Assembly (NCBI GenBank): GCA_040954595.2
Contig: CM082577.2
Span: 19,256,303 to 19,320,302, forward strand
Direction of reading: 5' to 3'
DNA: 64,000 nucleotides
Source: Balanoglossus misakiensis
Lineage: Eukaryota; Animalia; Hemichordata
In this document: piece by piece, positions 1 to 9,326 of the stretch
Layout: each line of letters opens with the position of its first letter
Numbering within the stretch: position 1 is the first letter of the stretch
The notes under the pieces: generated by a model
What the model was told of the DNA's origin: nothing
Database searches by the model: none
What the model saw: the letters and a program-made list of their open reading frames with translations, nothing else
Made by a program: the position numbers and the translations under genes

Positions 1-1822
1 TTAACATATGCAAATGAAGAAAGTACTTCAAACCATGTAGCCGTTAGAGTGGGCCCCGCTGACGGGTCGCGAAATAGGCCATTTTTTTACTCGATATTAT
101 AGAGCTGTTTTCAGGCGATGTGGATTATTTTAAGACAAAACCGTGAATTCACTTGAAGGTAGGTATACTGGATTGTTACTGAATGATTTTTTGGCAACTT
201 CTGTCGAGTAGTTTCTTTGTAATCACGAAATTTCTGACGACTGTGAAAAAACACATAGCGTTGACATCCTCTCGATTATTTTTAAGCTGACCGTTACACA
301 TGGATTTTACCACGAAATTTCAAACTTTTATCAAAATATAGACATCAAACTCCCTCTCTTTGAGTTTTCATTCACTTCCAAGCTTTGATAGTGACGATAT
401 GACCAGTTCAATTTTGTTTACCTTTCTTGTTTGCTTACCGCTCAACCTGTGAGCGCCATTTTGTTTACTTTTCAACCCGTGAGCGCCACTTCTTCTGCAA
501 AATGGCGGGAGAAGACAGCATGCATGTGTACGTATATACGCTGGCGCAGGCTTGATCCTGGGTTTTACCAGCTGCGTAGTTTTCCCTCCTCTCTCGTGCG
601 AAGAAATTTTGATTTCTGATATGTAATCCCGAGTTTTACTAAACCCTAACAATTATTTTATGAAGGTTTGCCCGTCAAGGAAACTCACTTTTTTTAATTT
701 TATTGTTCTTTCAGATTGATGAAGACTGATTTTTGTGGTGGTGGTGGTGTTGCAGTTGACTGTTTTATTTTAGCTGTCTGAGTTGACAATTTATTCTGTA
801 TTTTGTTGTATTTTTAACTCTTTATCCTGTATTTTGTAGTAGTATTTTGAACACTGTTTAATAAATAAATTACTATTATTATTATTTATCGACCCAATGC
901 AATGATGACAAATCGCTCGCCTTCAGACACAAATGTTGTATTTATTGCATATATCATCGGCGAATAAAGGGAAGTGGTTTCGACGTTACACTTGGCATTT
1001 TCGAAAAGTCTACTTATATCCCACGATGCGGAGAAAAAAATATATACAAAATACGTCAGCTGAGCTCCTCACGTACGGTAAACCTGGCATTCTGTGCATG
1101 GGTAATCAAATATTTGTTTGTAGCCCAATGTAGGCGAACGGCGTGGAGCACCCGGTCGCGGCACTCGTGCGATTGATCGATGTTGTGTCGAAATCAGGCC
1201 AGTAATTAAGTTAAAACTTGGCTGATATGTTACCTTAGAGTGTTATACACTATCCAGTAACTTTTACTTGACAAGTGTCTTTTAGAAACTGTTTTCCCCA
1301 CGATAAACGTGTCGTTTCACGAGCAACGCAACACTTCCGTATTTACAAGCCTAACATGGAGAGGTCAACGTAGGGCCTATACTTCCGGGTCATATCGTCG
1401 AACTACATCGATTATTTTTAAGCTGACCGTTACACAAGCATTTCGAGTTAATTTCTTTTCACGGATGTTGGGACCGATATTAGACCTATCTGTCACGAAA
1501 ACTTGGTTAACTTCCGAGGTCGTCTTCAAATGATTTTTGGCACGTTTGTGGACGTCTCTTCCGAGGTCACCAACATACCACCGAAAACACGCTAAAAACT
1601 ACTACTATTACCGACAGATTCTCATAAAATTTACGTCTGCAGTGCAAAATAGGAATCACTTTCGAAATTTATCGAGCTAGCATGGTATTTTATTGTACCA
1701 CGGAGTGTAAAAATCAAGTTGAAAATCACCTTGAAAACTGGCCTATTGCCGTCTGTTTGAAAATTAACGGTCGCTGGCTTGACGAACTTTCATATGCAAA
1801 TGAGCACCGTGCGATCTGACTG
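1..1822. mobile_element. Right part of a non-autonomous DNA transposon (ends ...GACTG, Academ-like) inserted in Gypsy pol; left end outside the window
   Basis: Gypsy pol-like coding (EDLFQKSCTNLSPGETDKLKELLNDYQDVF) starts abruptly after ...catatgcaaatgagcaccgtgcgatctgactg (1822). This end resembles the terminus catatgcaaattcactacccagtttctcgactg at 57449. An internal duplicated segment occurs at about 274-300 and 1409-1436. Confidence 0.55.
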
Positions 1823-3707
1823 TAGAGGACCTGTTCCAAAAATCATGTACAAATCTGAGTCCGGGGGAGACAGACAAACTCAAAGAGCTGCTGAATGATT
1901 ACCAGGACGTGTTTGCAGCCAATGAATTTGATCTTGGGAACTTTACCGCCCTTAGCCACCGCATTGACACTGGGGACGCGAGACCTGTCAAACAAAAGAT
2001 GCGCCGCACACCGCGTTGTTTCGCAGGCGAGGAAGAAACGCATTTGAAGAAAATGTTTGATGCAAAGGTCATTCGGCCCTCCGTATCGGAATGGGCATCC
2101 GCCCCTGTTCTAGTTCGCAAGCGCGACGGCAGCGTGCGTTGGTGCGTAGACTACCGCGCGTTAAACAACCAAACGGCTAAGGACGTGTTCCCTCTTCCGT
2201 TAATCGAAGACTGTATGGACACGCTGTCCGGAAACCGTTGGTTCTCCAAACTAGACGCAAATTCCGCCTATTGGCAGGTGAGGGTTGACCCCGCTGATTG
2301 TAAGAAAACTGCATTTGTCACCAAGTACGGGCTTTTTGAGTTTACTAGAATGCCCTTCGGGTTGTGCAATGCCCCAGCCACTTACTCACGGGTAATGAAT
2401 TTAGTGTTGCGGGGTTTGACCTGGGATGTCGTCCTCGCATTTCTGGACGACATTATGGTACTAGGGACCGATTTTGACCACCATCTACAGAACTTGCGCG
2501 GTGTTTTCCAGCGCATGCGTGACTATCAGCTCAAGTTAAAACCAAGGAAATGCGAATTGTTCTGCACGGAAGTGACCTTCCTTGGGCGCAGGGTAAAGCA
2601 AAATTCCATCGAGTTGGAGGCAGACTCCATCCGCGCGATTGCAGAATGGCCCCGCCCCACAAAGACAAGGGAAGTCGAGAGTTTCCTAGGGCTTGCGAAT
2701 TACCATCGTTCGTTCATTAAGGGATTTGCAGAAATGGCCGCCCCCCTATACGCAATCACAGGGAAACAGGCATACGCATGGGGACCCGAACAGCAAAGCG
2801 CATTCGAAGAAATTAAGACCGCGCTAATGTCGCCACCAGTGCTGACTTTGCCCAACGACGAAGACCCATTCATATTAGATACCGATGCGTCAAACCATGC
2901 GCTTGGGGCAGAATTAATTCAGGTGCAGGGTGGTAGGGAACGGGTAGTGGCGTATGGCAGCGTAAGCATGACCCCTGAACAGCGCCGGTATTGCACCACT
3001 AGACAAGAACTGTTGGCCGTAATTAGGTTTACCCGCAATATCGCCATTATTTGCTAGGGAAGCGTTTCCTACTAAGGACTGACCACAGCAGTTTGACTTG
3101 GCTACTTAGTTTCAAGGAACCCCAGGGACAGTTAGCCCGTTGGCTCGAAGAGCTGAGTCAATATGACATGAAGGTAGAGCACCGCCCGGGGAAGAAACAT
3201 GTAAACGCCGACGCACTCTCACGGGTGCAAGACCCCAAGCAATGTTCCAATTTCAGCCATGGGATAAGCCCCCAAGACCTTCATTGTGGGGGTTGTAACT
3301 ACTGTGAGAAGGCCCACTTGAGATGGAGTGCTTTCATAGAGGAGGTAGACGATGTGGTCCCCTTAGCTAGGGCAATAGGGCAGGGGAAGACGGTCAGCGA
3401 CACACCAGGGGCAGAATCTCCGCCGGGGGAAACCTTATCCCCAGGCCGGGACACACCAATTCCCCAGGGGTGTGACTGTCCACCTTGGCCTTGGGACCCA
3501 GGCGAGTCATACGAGGGCCGAAATGTGCATGAGGGAAATTGGTTGGAAGCCCCCCAATCCCACATTGATATCGAACAGGGTTGGGATAGAGAACAGGGGA
3601 AGCCCAAAGCATATGTAGTAACGCGTGCCAGTGAAAAGCAGGAGGGCACAGCTATCGTCGGGGTAAGCATGGCCGAATTCCGGGAAATGCAACAAAAAGA
3701 CCCAGAC
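1823..3707 (+). pseudogene. pol: Gypsy pol: reverse transcriptase and RNase H, with a 1-nt frameshift near 3037
   Basis: Motifs SEWASAPVLVRKRDGSVRWCVDYRALN, FTRMPFGLCNAPATY, AFLDDI, FILDTDAS, TTRQELLAV, then after the frameshift LRTDHSSLTWL and HVNADALSR. Adding one base at acccgc^aatat restores FTRQYRHYLLGKRF. Confidence 0.95.
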
Positions 3708-4699
3708 CAGGCAAGGCAAAGGGGGGGTAATTACAGCGGTGACATCAAAGAGATCTATTTGAATGTGAACGTCACTGAGTGGCAGTTACGGCCGGTTGGA
3801 AAAATTTTCAAACGGAGATTTTCGGTACTTCAAGTGATCGTAGTGCATCCATTTTTCTAAGACGTGTATGAAACACCACAGTCAATGATAGGATGATTTT
3901 TCGTGAAGTTTTAACGACGCGTTCCCGAGAAAGACAGTTTCGGTATGTTGGTTTAAATTGTGGTCCCTGACTCACGGAAAAGATTTCTTGTCTTGAAAAA
4001 AATTGGGTAGGTTAGGAAGATATTGAACTAAGTTACCGTGAATTTATAATAGTGTGAGCCGCTCCGTTGTGGAGTAATGACGGTGTAAAAATTGCCTTCG
4101 CCATCGACGAGTACAGCCGTGTTTGCCATATGTGTATGCATTGAAGTAGGTCAACGCATGTTAACCCATGACGTAATGGCTTCCTTTTCAACGCGTCGTT
4201 AACTCTCATTAGCATATTACATACGGAGTCTATACACTATTCACGCTGACTGACTTCTCAGGACTGACCTATGGCACTGTAAATTGTGGTCCTTGACCCA
4301 CGGCATGGATATATTCATGTCAAAATTATGAATAGAGGAGTTTAATAATGTTTCTAAAACCTGAGGGGGTTAATTTTTGTGTGGGTATGGCAGATATTTT
4401 TTTTTTGATTTTTTAACTTCAAGGACACTTTGAATTTCGTGATCACAATTTTGTAAGTGGAATTAAAGAAATTCTTCTCGATAAAACTTTATGAAAAATC
4501 ACATGTAGTACATTCATAGTACCAGTAATGTGCCTGGGGTGAAATAATTGTCAGAAATGGGTTGCAAGTTACTGAACTTTCGTTCTGAAAAAAGTTGAAA
4601 AACTGTATGCAAATGAGGAATTCAAACGTTACTGGCCAGTTCAAGTGTTTGCATTGCATAATCCCCTGCTGTTTAATTACCCCCCCTTTGCCCTGCCTG
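3708..4699. mobile_element. 992-bp non-autonomous TIR element (CAG...CTG, 3-bp TSD GAC; Academ-like) inserted in Gypsy pol
   Basis: TIR caggcaaggcaaagggggggtaatta / taattaccccccctttgccctgcctg. GAC at 3705-3707 and 4700-4702. Removing the element and one GAC restores the reading QQKDPD-LSDLLHW in frame. Confidence 0.9.
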
Positions 4700-6193
4700 G
4701 ACCTTAGCGATTTATTGCATTGGGTTGAGACAGGGAAAGAACCCCTAGAAGGGAAACTTATGCTATCAAGCCCAGCCGCCAAGAATTATTGGGTAAACCG
4801 GGAATTGTTCTGTGTGATTGATGGAGTCTTATGGAGGGAGGAAATTGACTCAGGCCACAAATTATTTGTAGTCCCCCGAGACATGAAGGAGGAAGTCATA
4901 GACTTAAATCACACTATCCCATCTGCCGGACATCAAGGTGCCCAACGGACCTTGTCCAGAATAAAACAGAAGTACGTCTGGTACAAAATGCATGAGGAAG
5001 TGAAGGATTTTGTGGCCACATGCCCAGAGTGTAATCAGAACAAGAAAACCCACCGGTATGGCAGGGCAGAAATGAAAAGTTTCCATGCAGGCTCCCCCAT
5101 GGAGCGAGTCCATCTGGACTTTCTCGGGCCCCTCCCCAAGACACAAGGGGGAAACGAATACATCCTGATGATGGTCGATCAGTTCTCAAAATGGGTGGAG
5201 TGTATCCCACTACCGTCACAAACGGCGGAGGTCACCGCCCAGGCAGCAGTGAATGAATTCTTTGCGCGCTTCGGGTACCCTTTCGAGATCTTTACCGACC
5301 AGGGGCGTAATTTCGAGAGCCAACTTTTCGTAGCGATTTGCGAGCTGTTGCGTATTCACAAATGCAGAACGACCCCTTATAGACCGTCCGCGAATGGCCA
5401 GGCAGAACGAAATAACCGTACGCTCATGGACGCAGTGCGTTGCTTCATCGGAAATCAGCGCGAGTGGGATGTACACCTACCCCAGATAGCAGGGGCAATG
5501 CGCGCATCAGTGAATCGCAGCACAGGGTACACGCCAAACCGTTTAATGTTGGGAAGGGAACTTAACTTGCCAGCAGATCTGGTGTTTGGGGTGACCACAG
5601 GGCAGGGGAAAGACAGCACTGACAAGTTTTCCAATGAAGGGGAAAGGGCCGAGGGGTATGTTAGGGAATTGGAGAGAGCAATCAGCACGGCCCATGAAAC
5701 CGCCCGTAATACCTTAAGGGCCACCCAGGAACGGATGAAAAGGGACTATGATTTGAGAACACACACCAAAGCTTATGGGGTGGGGGATTGTGTATACATT
5801 TTAGATACCGCCACCACAAAAGGGAAATGTCGCAAGCTCAGTCCCCCCTGGAAGGGCCCAGCCGTGATCATTGGGAAATTCTCCCCATACCTGTACAAAG
5901 TGAGGTTGAAAAGGGCAGAGATGACTGTGCACCATGACAGGATCAAACTATGCAGGGATCGGGTCTTACCCCAGTGGATCGTTAGGCACCAGGCAAACAT
6001 AGCCAACGACACGGGGGAAACCGAAAGCCCAGGGAATGACCAGTACTGCATTTGTCGGGGACCGAACGATGGCAGCCCAATGATCCAATGCGACAAGTGT
6101 TTTGACTGGTTCCATATGTCCTGTGTGGGAATTCAGTCAGGAAAGGGAAGCACGGGGGACTATTTCTGCCCCCAGTGCACTCAACAAGCCTAA
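4700..6193 (+). CDS. Gypsy integrase (HHCC zinc-binding region, DDE core, GPY/F-like motif) with C-terminal PHD finger; 3' part of the disrupted pol
   Basis: H-x6-H...CPEC; RVHLDFLGPLP, FTDQGRNF, NGQAERNNRTL; WKGP; then YCICRGPNDGSPMIQCDKCFDWFHMSCVGI...YFCPQC (C4HC3) and stop at 6191-6193. The first ~35 residues of the 4595 ORF come from the insertion. Confidence 0.93.
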   Translation, partial: DLSDLLHWVETGKEPLEGKLMLSSPAAKNYWVNRELFCVIDGVLWREEIDSGHKLFVVPRDMKEEVIDLNHTIPSAGHQGAQRTLSRIKQKYVWYKMHEEVKDFVATCPECNQNKKTHRYGRAEMKSFHAGSPMERVHLDFLGPLPKTQGGNEYILMMVDQFSKWVECIPLPSQTAEVTAQAAVNEFFARFGYPFEIFTDQGRNFESQLFVAICELLRIHKCRTTPYRPSANGQAERNNRTLMDAVRCFIGNQREWDVHLPQIAGAMRASVNRSTGYTPNRLMLGRELNLPADLVFGVTTGQGKDSTDKFSNEGERAEGYVRELERAISTAHETARNTLRATQERMKRDYDLRTHTKAYGVGDCVYILDTATTKGKCRKLSPPWKGPAVIIGKFSPYLYKVRLKRAEMTVHHDRIKLCRDRVLPQWIVRHQANIANDTGETESPGNDQYCICRGPNDGSPMIQCDKCFDWFHMSCVGIQSGKGSTGDYFCPQCTQQA

Positions 6194-6216
6194 CATGTTC
6201 TTTTTTATGTCCGCAG
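6189..6216 (+). promoter_or_regulatory. Candidate branch point and splice acceptor in front of ORF3
   Basis: cctaac (6189-6194), pyrimidine tract ttcttttttatgtccg, then CAG ending at 6216. Confidence 0.55.
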
Positions 6217-8639
6217 ACCCAGCCCCATTCAGTATGCCAAGACCCATGCCCAAGCTCACCATTGAGGATGTCCGGCGGGCCACTCAGGCACGCCGTCTCC
6301 TAGGCCCCAGAGAGGTCATCCACGGCATTATGATGGCCCCCAAGCGAGAAGCCCAAGAGGCACTCCTAGCCCAATATGCGGTGGCCAAATCCAAGGGAAA
6401 CTGGGGGTGGGTGTTTAATATCCAACGAGAAGCGGATGTTATGTTTCCAATCCCCTGGATCACACAAAACATGCCACACATAAACCCAGCTAAGGACCAC
6501 CAGCCCCCACGCCCCAAGAAGGCGGTGGCGATGCCGGAGGAGTATTCCCAGCGGGGTATGTGTAAGGACATCCGTTTACTGACGCAACCAGACTTACCCG
6601 TCCGACGCACCCTGGAAACCGACAGCGGAACCCAGGAAGTCGCATCCGGAGGGTGGAGTGCGCCCAGCTCATCGGGTCCACCGCCCAGCTCTGCGGGACC
6701 AGGGGTTTCCCCAGGTTCTCTGGAGCGGGGACAGGGCCAGACTGAGCGGGGAAGGGACTCCAGTCCTTATAGGAGAGAAGTTTCCATGGTCATGAGCCGA
6801 TCAGAAGAGAGGGAGGTGGAGGTGCCCATAGCGCCATACGAGCTCGGCGATAATCTCAGTGTCGGGGCACGGAGGCTCATCATCCGTACCATCACCTGCA
6901 GCGAGTTTCGGCAAACTACGGAAAGCCCAGGTGCTGAACCGGGGCATCCGCAGGCTGACGAGGCGATGGAAGTAACGGAGGAAACGGAAGAACCGCCCAG
7001 ACGGTTAGTCTTAAGACCAGCGGGGGATATACCAAGCCCGAGCCACCCTGAGTCCACGACAGCCACCACCAAGCGCAAGGAAGAAAAAAACAGTTCGCGC
7101 CAGCGCTGGAGATCTGCAAGCTCCCGCTCCCGAGTGTCGGCATCGGTGGAGAGACCGGAGAAGAGGCCATCGGAGAACGAGCCTTGGAGGCAACCCAAGA
7201 AAGCAAGCCCAGAGAGGCCACCTGGTCTCTCGGGGACAGTGGGAAAGCCTCCAGCAGCGGAAGCCCCAGCGGCACCGCGACCACAACCACGCGGGAAAAC
7301 CTCCTTCTGTCCGATTCCAGGAAAAGAATCAGTGTGCCCCATACCGGATTGCGGACATTCTTCAAAGTGGCTGAAGGAGCACGTTTATAGGCGCCACTTA
7401 CCATCATACATGCGGGGAGAGATCCGCAAAGCCGATCTGGACGCAATCGTCAGCTTGCTAGGGGGTTTGACCCAGCTTCTTGTGGGGACGGAACAACCCA
7501 TCGTCGCCCTTTTCCAATATTTCCTAACACACGGCCTCGGACGTTTTCCGACAACATCCAAGATTCTCCCGGAAGGTGAAGAGATTATGCGACGAATGTG
7601 CCACCGAATGGGATGGGAAGTACCCCGAAAGATACGGTTGTCGCCGCCCAACACACCCGCAGTGTTGATTCACTGGAGGGTTCTCCTCACGCTCCTTGGA
7701 GACCTGTCGCCGGAGGAACGGGAGACTATCCAGAAGTGGCCCAGAGGAAAGATGCCCCAAGCAAGCGCTGGCAGTCCAGACGTCCAACCCCGTGTGGCGT
7801 CACCGGCCGGGGGATTACCCCAGGCCATAGACGCCCATTTTCACCCGGACCGCATGAGAGCCCAGGCGTCCCGAAGTGAAGGAGCCACCACTTCCCGTGA
7901 ACTGTTGCAATTGTCGCCAGGGCGAGAGCCGGAAGTGCCAGTGGAAGTGGTGGGAGGGGTCGAGATTTATTGCGACCCCGAAGACTATCCAAATGTCCTG
8001 CTGAGGGAGCCGGGGTGGAAAATTGCGGTCGGACTTCACCCCAAAAAGGCCAAGAAAATGACAGAGGAGCTGTTGCAGCGGATCAAGGGGCTGGTAACCC
8101 ATCCTTTGGTAGCGGCTATGGGCGAGATAGGCCTGGACAGGACCGCACCAGTCCATGAATGGGGCCAGCAGGAGGAAGCCCTCCAACGCCTGTTGGAAGT
8201 GGCACCTGAAGACAAACCCATCGTACTACACATCAGGGGCGCTAGGAGAGATCCCCACGCCAGCGATGTACATGCCCTGGCCCTGATGCTGGTGTCTGAA
8301 ACCTGCCCTGCAACCCAACCAATCCAGCTGCACAACTTCGGGGGGGACCGGCGCACCTTAAATAGATGGACCCAGGCCTTCCAGAACTGCTACTTCAGTT
8401 TTTCTGCCAGCGTGGCCTGCTTTGACAGAACCCAAGCCCAAGCGCTGAGGGAAGTTCCCGAGGACCGAATCCTGTTGGAGACGGACGCCCCACATCTATC
8501 CCTGCGGGGGAGTCAGCGTTTCAACTCCCCTGTTTTTCTGGGTGAAGTGGCTCGGGAAGCAGCCCAGGTGCGAGGCGTGACAGCAGAAGAGCTGCTGGAG
8601 GTCGCGGCCAACAACACGAGACGCCTATTCCTGTTTTAA
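6195..8639 (+). CDS. Retrotransposon ORF3: low-complexity N-terminus, C2H2-like zinc finger, helical segment and C-terminal TatD-family (TATDN2-like) nuclease
   Basis: Uninterrupted frame from ATG 6195 (814 aa; next ATGs 6207, 6234). TatD motifs at about 7827-8636: IDAHFH, IYCDP, VGLHP, MGEIGLD, PIVLHIR, LHNFGG, RILLETDAP, NSP, NNTRRLF. Zinc finger CPIPDC-x9-H-x4-H at about 7335-7397. Confidence 0.9.
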   Translation: MFFFMSADPAPFSMPRPMPKLTIEDVRRATQARRLLGPREVIHGIMMAPKREAQEALLAQYAVAKSKGNWGWVFNIQREADVMFPIPWITQNMPHINPAKDHQPPRPKKAVAMPEEYSQRGMCKDIRLLTQPDLPVRRTLETDSGTQEVASGGWSAPSSSGPPPSSAGPGVSPGSLERGQGQTERGRDSSPYRREVSMVMSRSEEREVEVPIAPYELGDNLSVGARRLIIRTITCSEFRQTTESPGAEPGHPQADEAMEVTEETEEPPRRLVLRPAGDIPSPSHPESTTATTKRKEEKNSSRQRWRSASSRSRVSASVERPEKRPSENEPWRQPKKASPERPPGLSGTVGKPPAAEAPAAPRPQPRGKTSFCPIPGKESVCPIPDCGHSSKWLKEHVYRRHLPSYMRGEIRKADLDAIVSLLGGLTQLLVGTEQPIVALFQYFLTHGLGRFPTTSKILPEGEEIMRRMCHRMGWEVPRKIRLSPPNTPAVLIHWRVLLTLLGDLSPEERETIQKWPRGKMPQASAGSPDVQPRVASPAGGLPQAIDAHFHPDRMRAQASRSEGATTSRELLQLSPGREPEVPVEVVGGVEIYCDPEDYPNVLLREPGWKIAVGLHPKKAKKMTEELLQRIKGLVTHPLVAAMGEIGLDRTAPVHEWGQQEEALQRLLEVAPEDKPIVLHIRGARRDPHASDVHALALMLVSETCPATQPIQLHNFGGDRRTLNRWTQAFQNCYFSFSASVACFDRTQAQALREVPEDRILLETDAPHLSLRGSQRFNSPVFLGEVAREAAQVRGVTAEELLEVAANNTRRLFLF

Positions 8640-8753
8640 AGGAAGGCAAGGGGACTTTGGGGAATCTACTGTTTGGGATGGGGGTACCCGGGGTTTTACC
8701 AGAAAGGCCAAAAATAGGGGAAGGACGGGGACCACCTGGGGAATTTGTATCGA

Positions 8754-8985
8754 GAGGGAATTTTTGTCTAAAAGGGGAACAAAATCCAGCAAATGGACCA
8801 GTGGGGCATATCTTATAAAGCCCAGCTGGAGGGAATTTTTGTCTAAAAGGGGAACAAAATCCAGCAAATGGACCAGTGGGGCATATCTTATAAAGCCCAG
8901 CTGGAGGGAATTTTTGTCTAAAAGGGGAACAAAATCCAGAAAATGGACCAGTGGGGCATATCTTATAAAGCCCAGCTGGAGGGAA
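8754..8985 (+). repeat. 75-bp tandem repeat (3 near-identical copies plus partial) in the 3' untranslated region of Gypsy 1
   Basis: Unit gagggaatttttgtctaaaaggggaac...aaagcccagctg starts at 8754, 8829, 8904, 8979. A degenerate further piece lies at about 9007-9040. Confidence 0.95.
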
Positions 8986-9145
8986 AACAAAAGAAACAAA
9001 CCGGCCGACCAGTGGGGCATACCCAGTAAAGCCCAGCTGGACTTTCTATCTTTCGATTTTTGTTATTGTTGTGTTCAATGTTGTGTTATCCCCCGGTGTT
9101 TTGGGGGAAGAAGACGACGCCCTTCAAAAATATGGTGGGGAAGAG

Positions 9146-9325
9146 TGTTGTGAATCTACATCCGTGATGACGTCACTGACCCCACTCACCCCTTGGGCGG
9201 ATATAGTTCGACCCTTCTTCTACGAGACCAGCTTTCAGCCACACGCTTTTATCTGAGCTCCGAGAGATTCTACAAGTTATTCAGTCTACCTACTACGCAG
9301 TATCCTTTTACCTTTATCTAAGGTG
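9146..9325 (+). repeat. Truncated 3' LTR of Gypsy 1, preceded by polypurine tract
   Basis: tatggtggggaagag|TGTTGTGAATC. No matching ...CA end is seen before unrelated minus-strand protease sequence begins near 9327. No second LTR is in the window for comparison. Confidence 0.6.
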
Positions 9326-9326
9326 A

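Larger units (their letters stand above)
1823..9325 (+). mobile_element. Ty3/Gypsy LTR retrotransposon 1 (3' part): RT-RNaseH-integrase-PHD, extra TatD ORF3, PPT, partial 3' LTR
   Basis: Domain order RT, RH, IN is Gypsy-type. A purine tract at about 9131-9145 is followed by TGTTGTG at 9146. gag, protease and the 5' LTR lie upstream of the window. Confidence 0.93.

Noticed and set aside
6102-6194. ORF-track start at 6102
   Set aside because: TTG start overlapping the PHD coding sequence; the first ATG is at 6195.
6102-8639. TatD ORF as bacterial contamination or a free-standing host gene
   Set aside because: It is contiguous with Gypsy pol upstream and a PPT/LTR start downstream, is intron-less and carries a eukaryote-style zinc finger and linker.
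8625-9153. Repetitive ORFs on both strands
   Set aside because: Explained by the 75-bp tandem repeat; they start at non-ATG or arbitrary codons.
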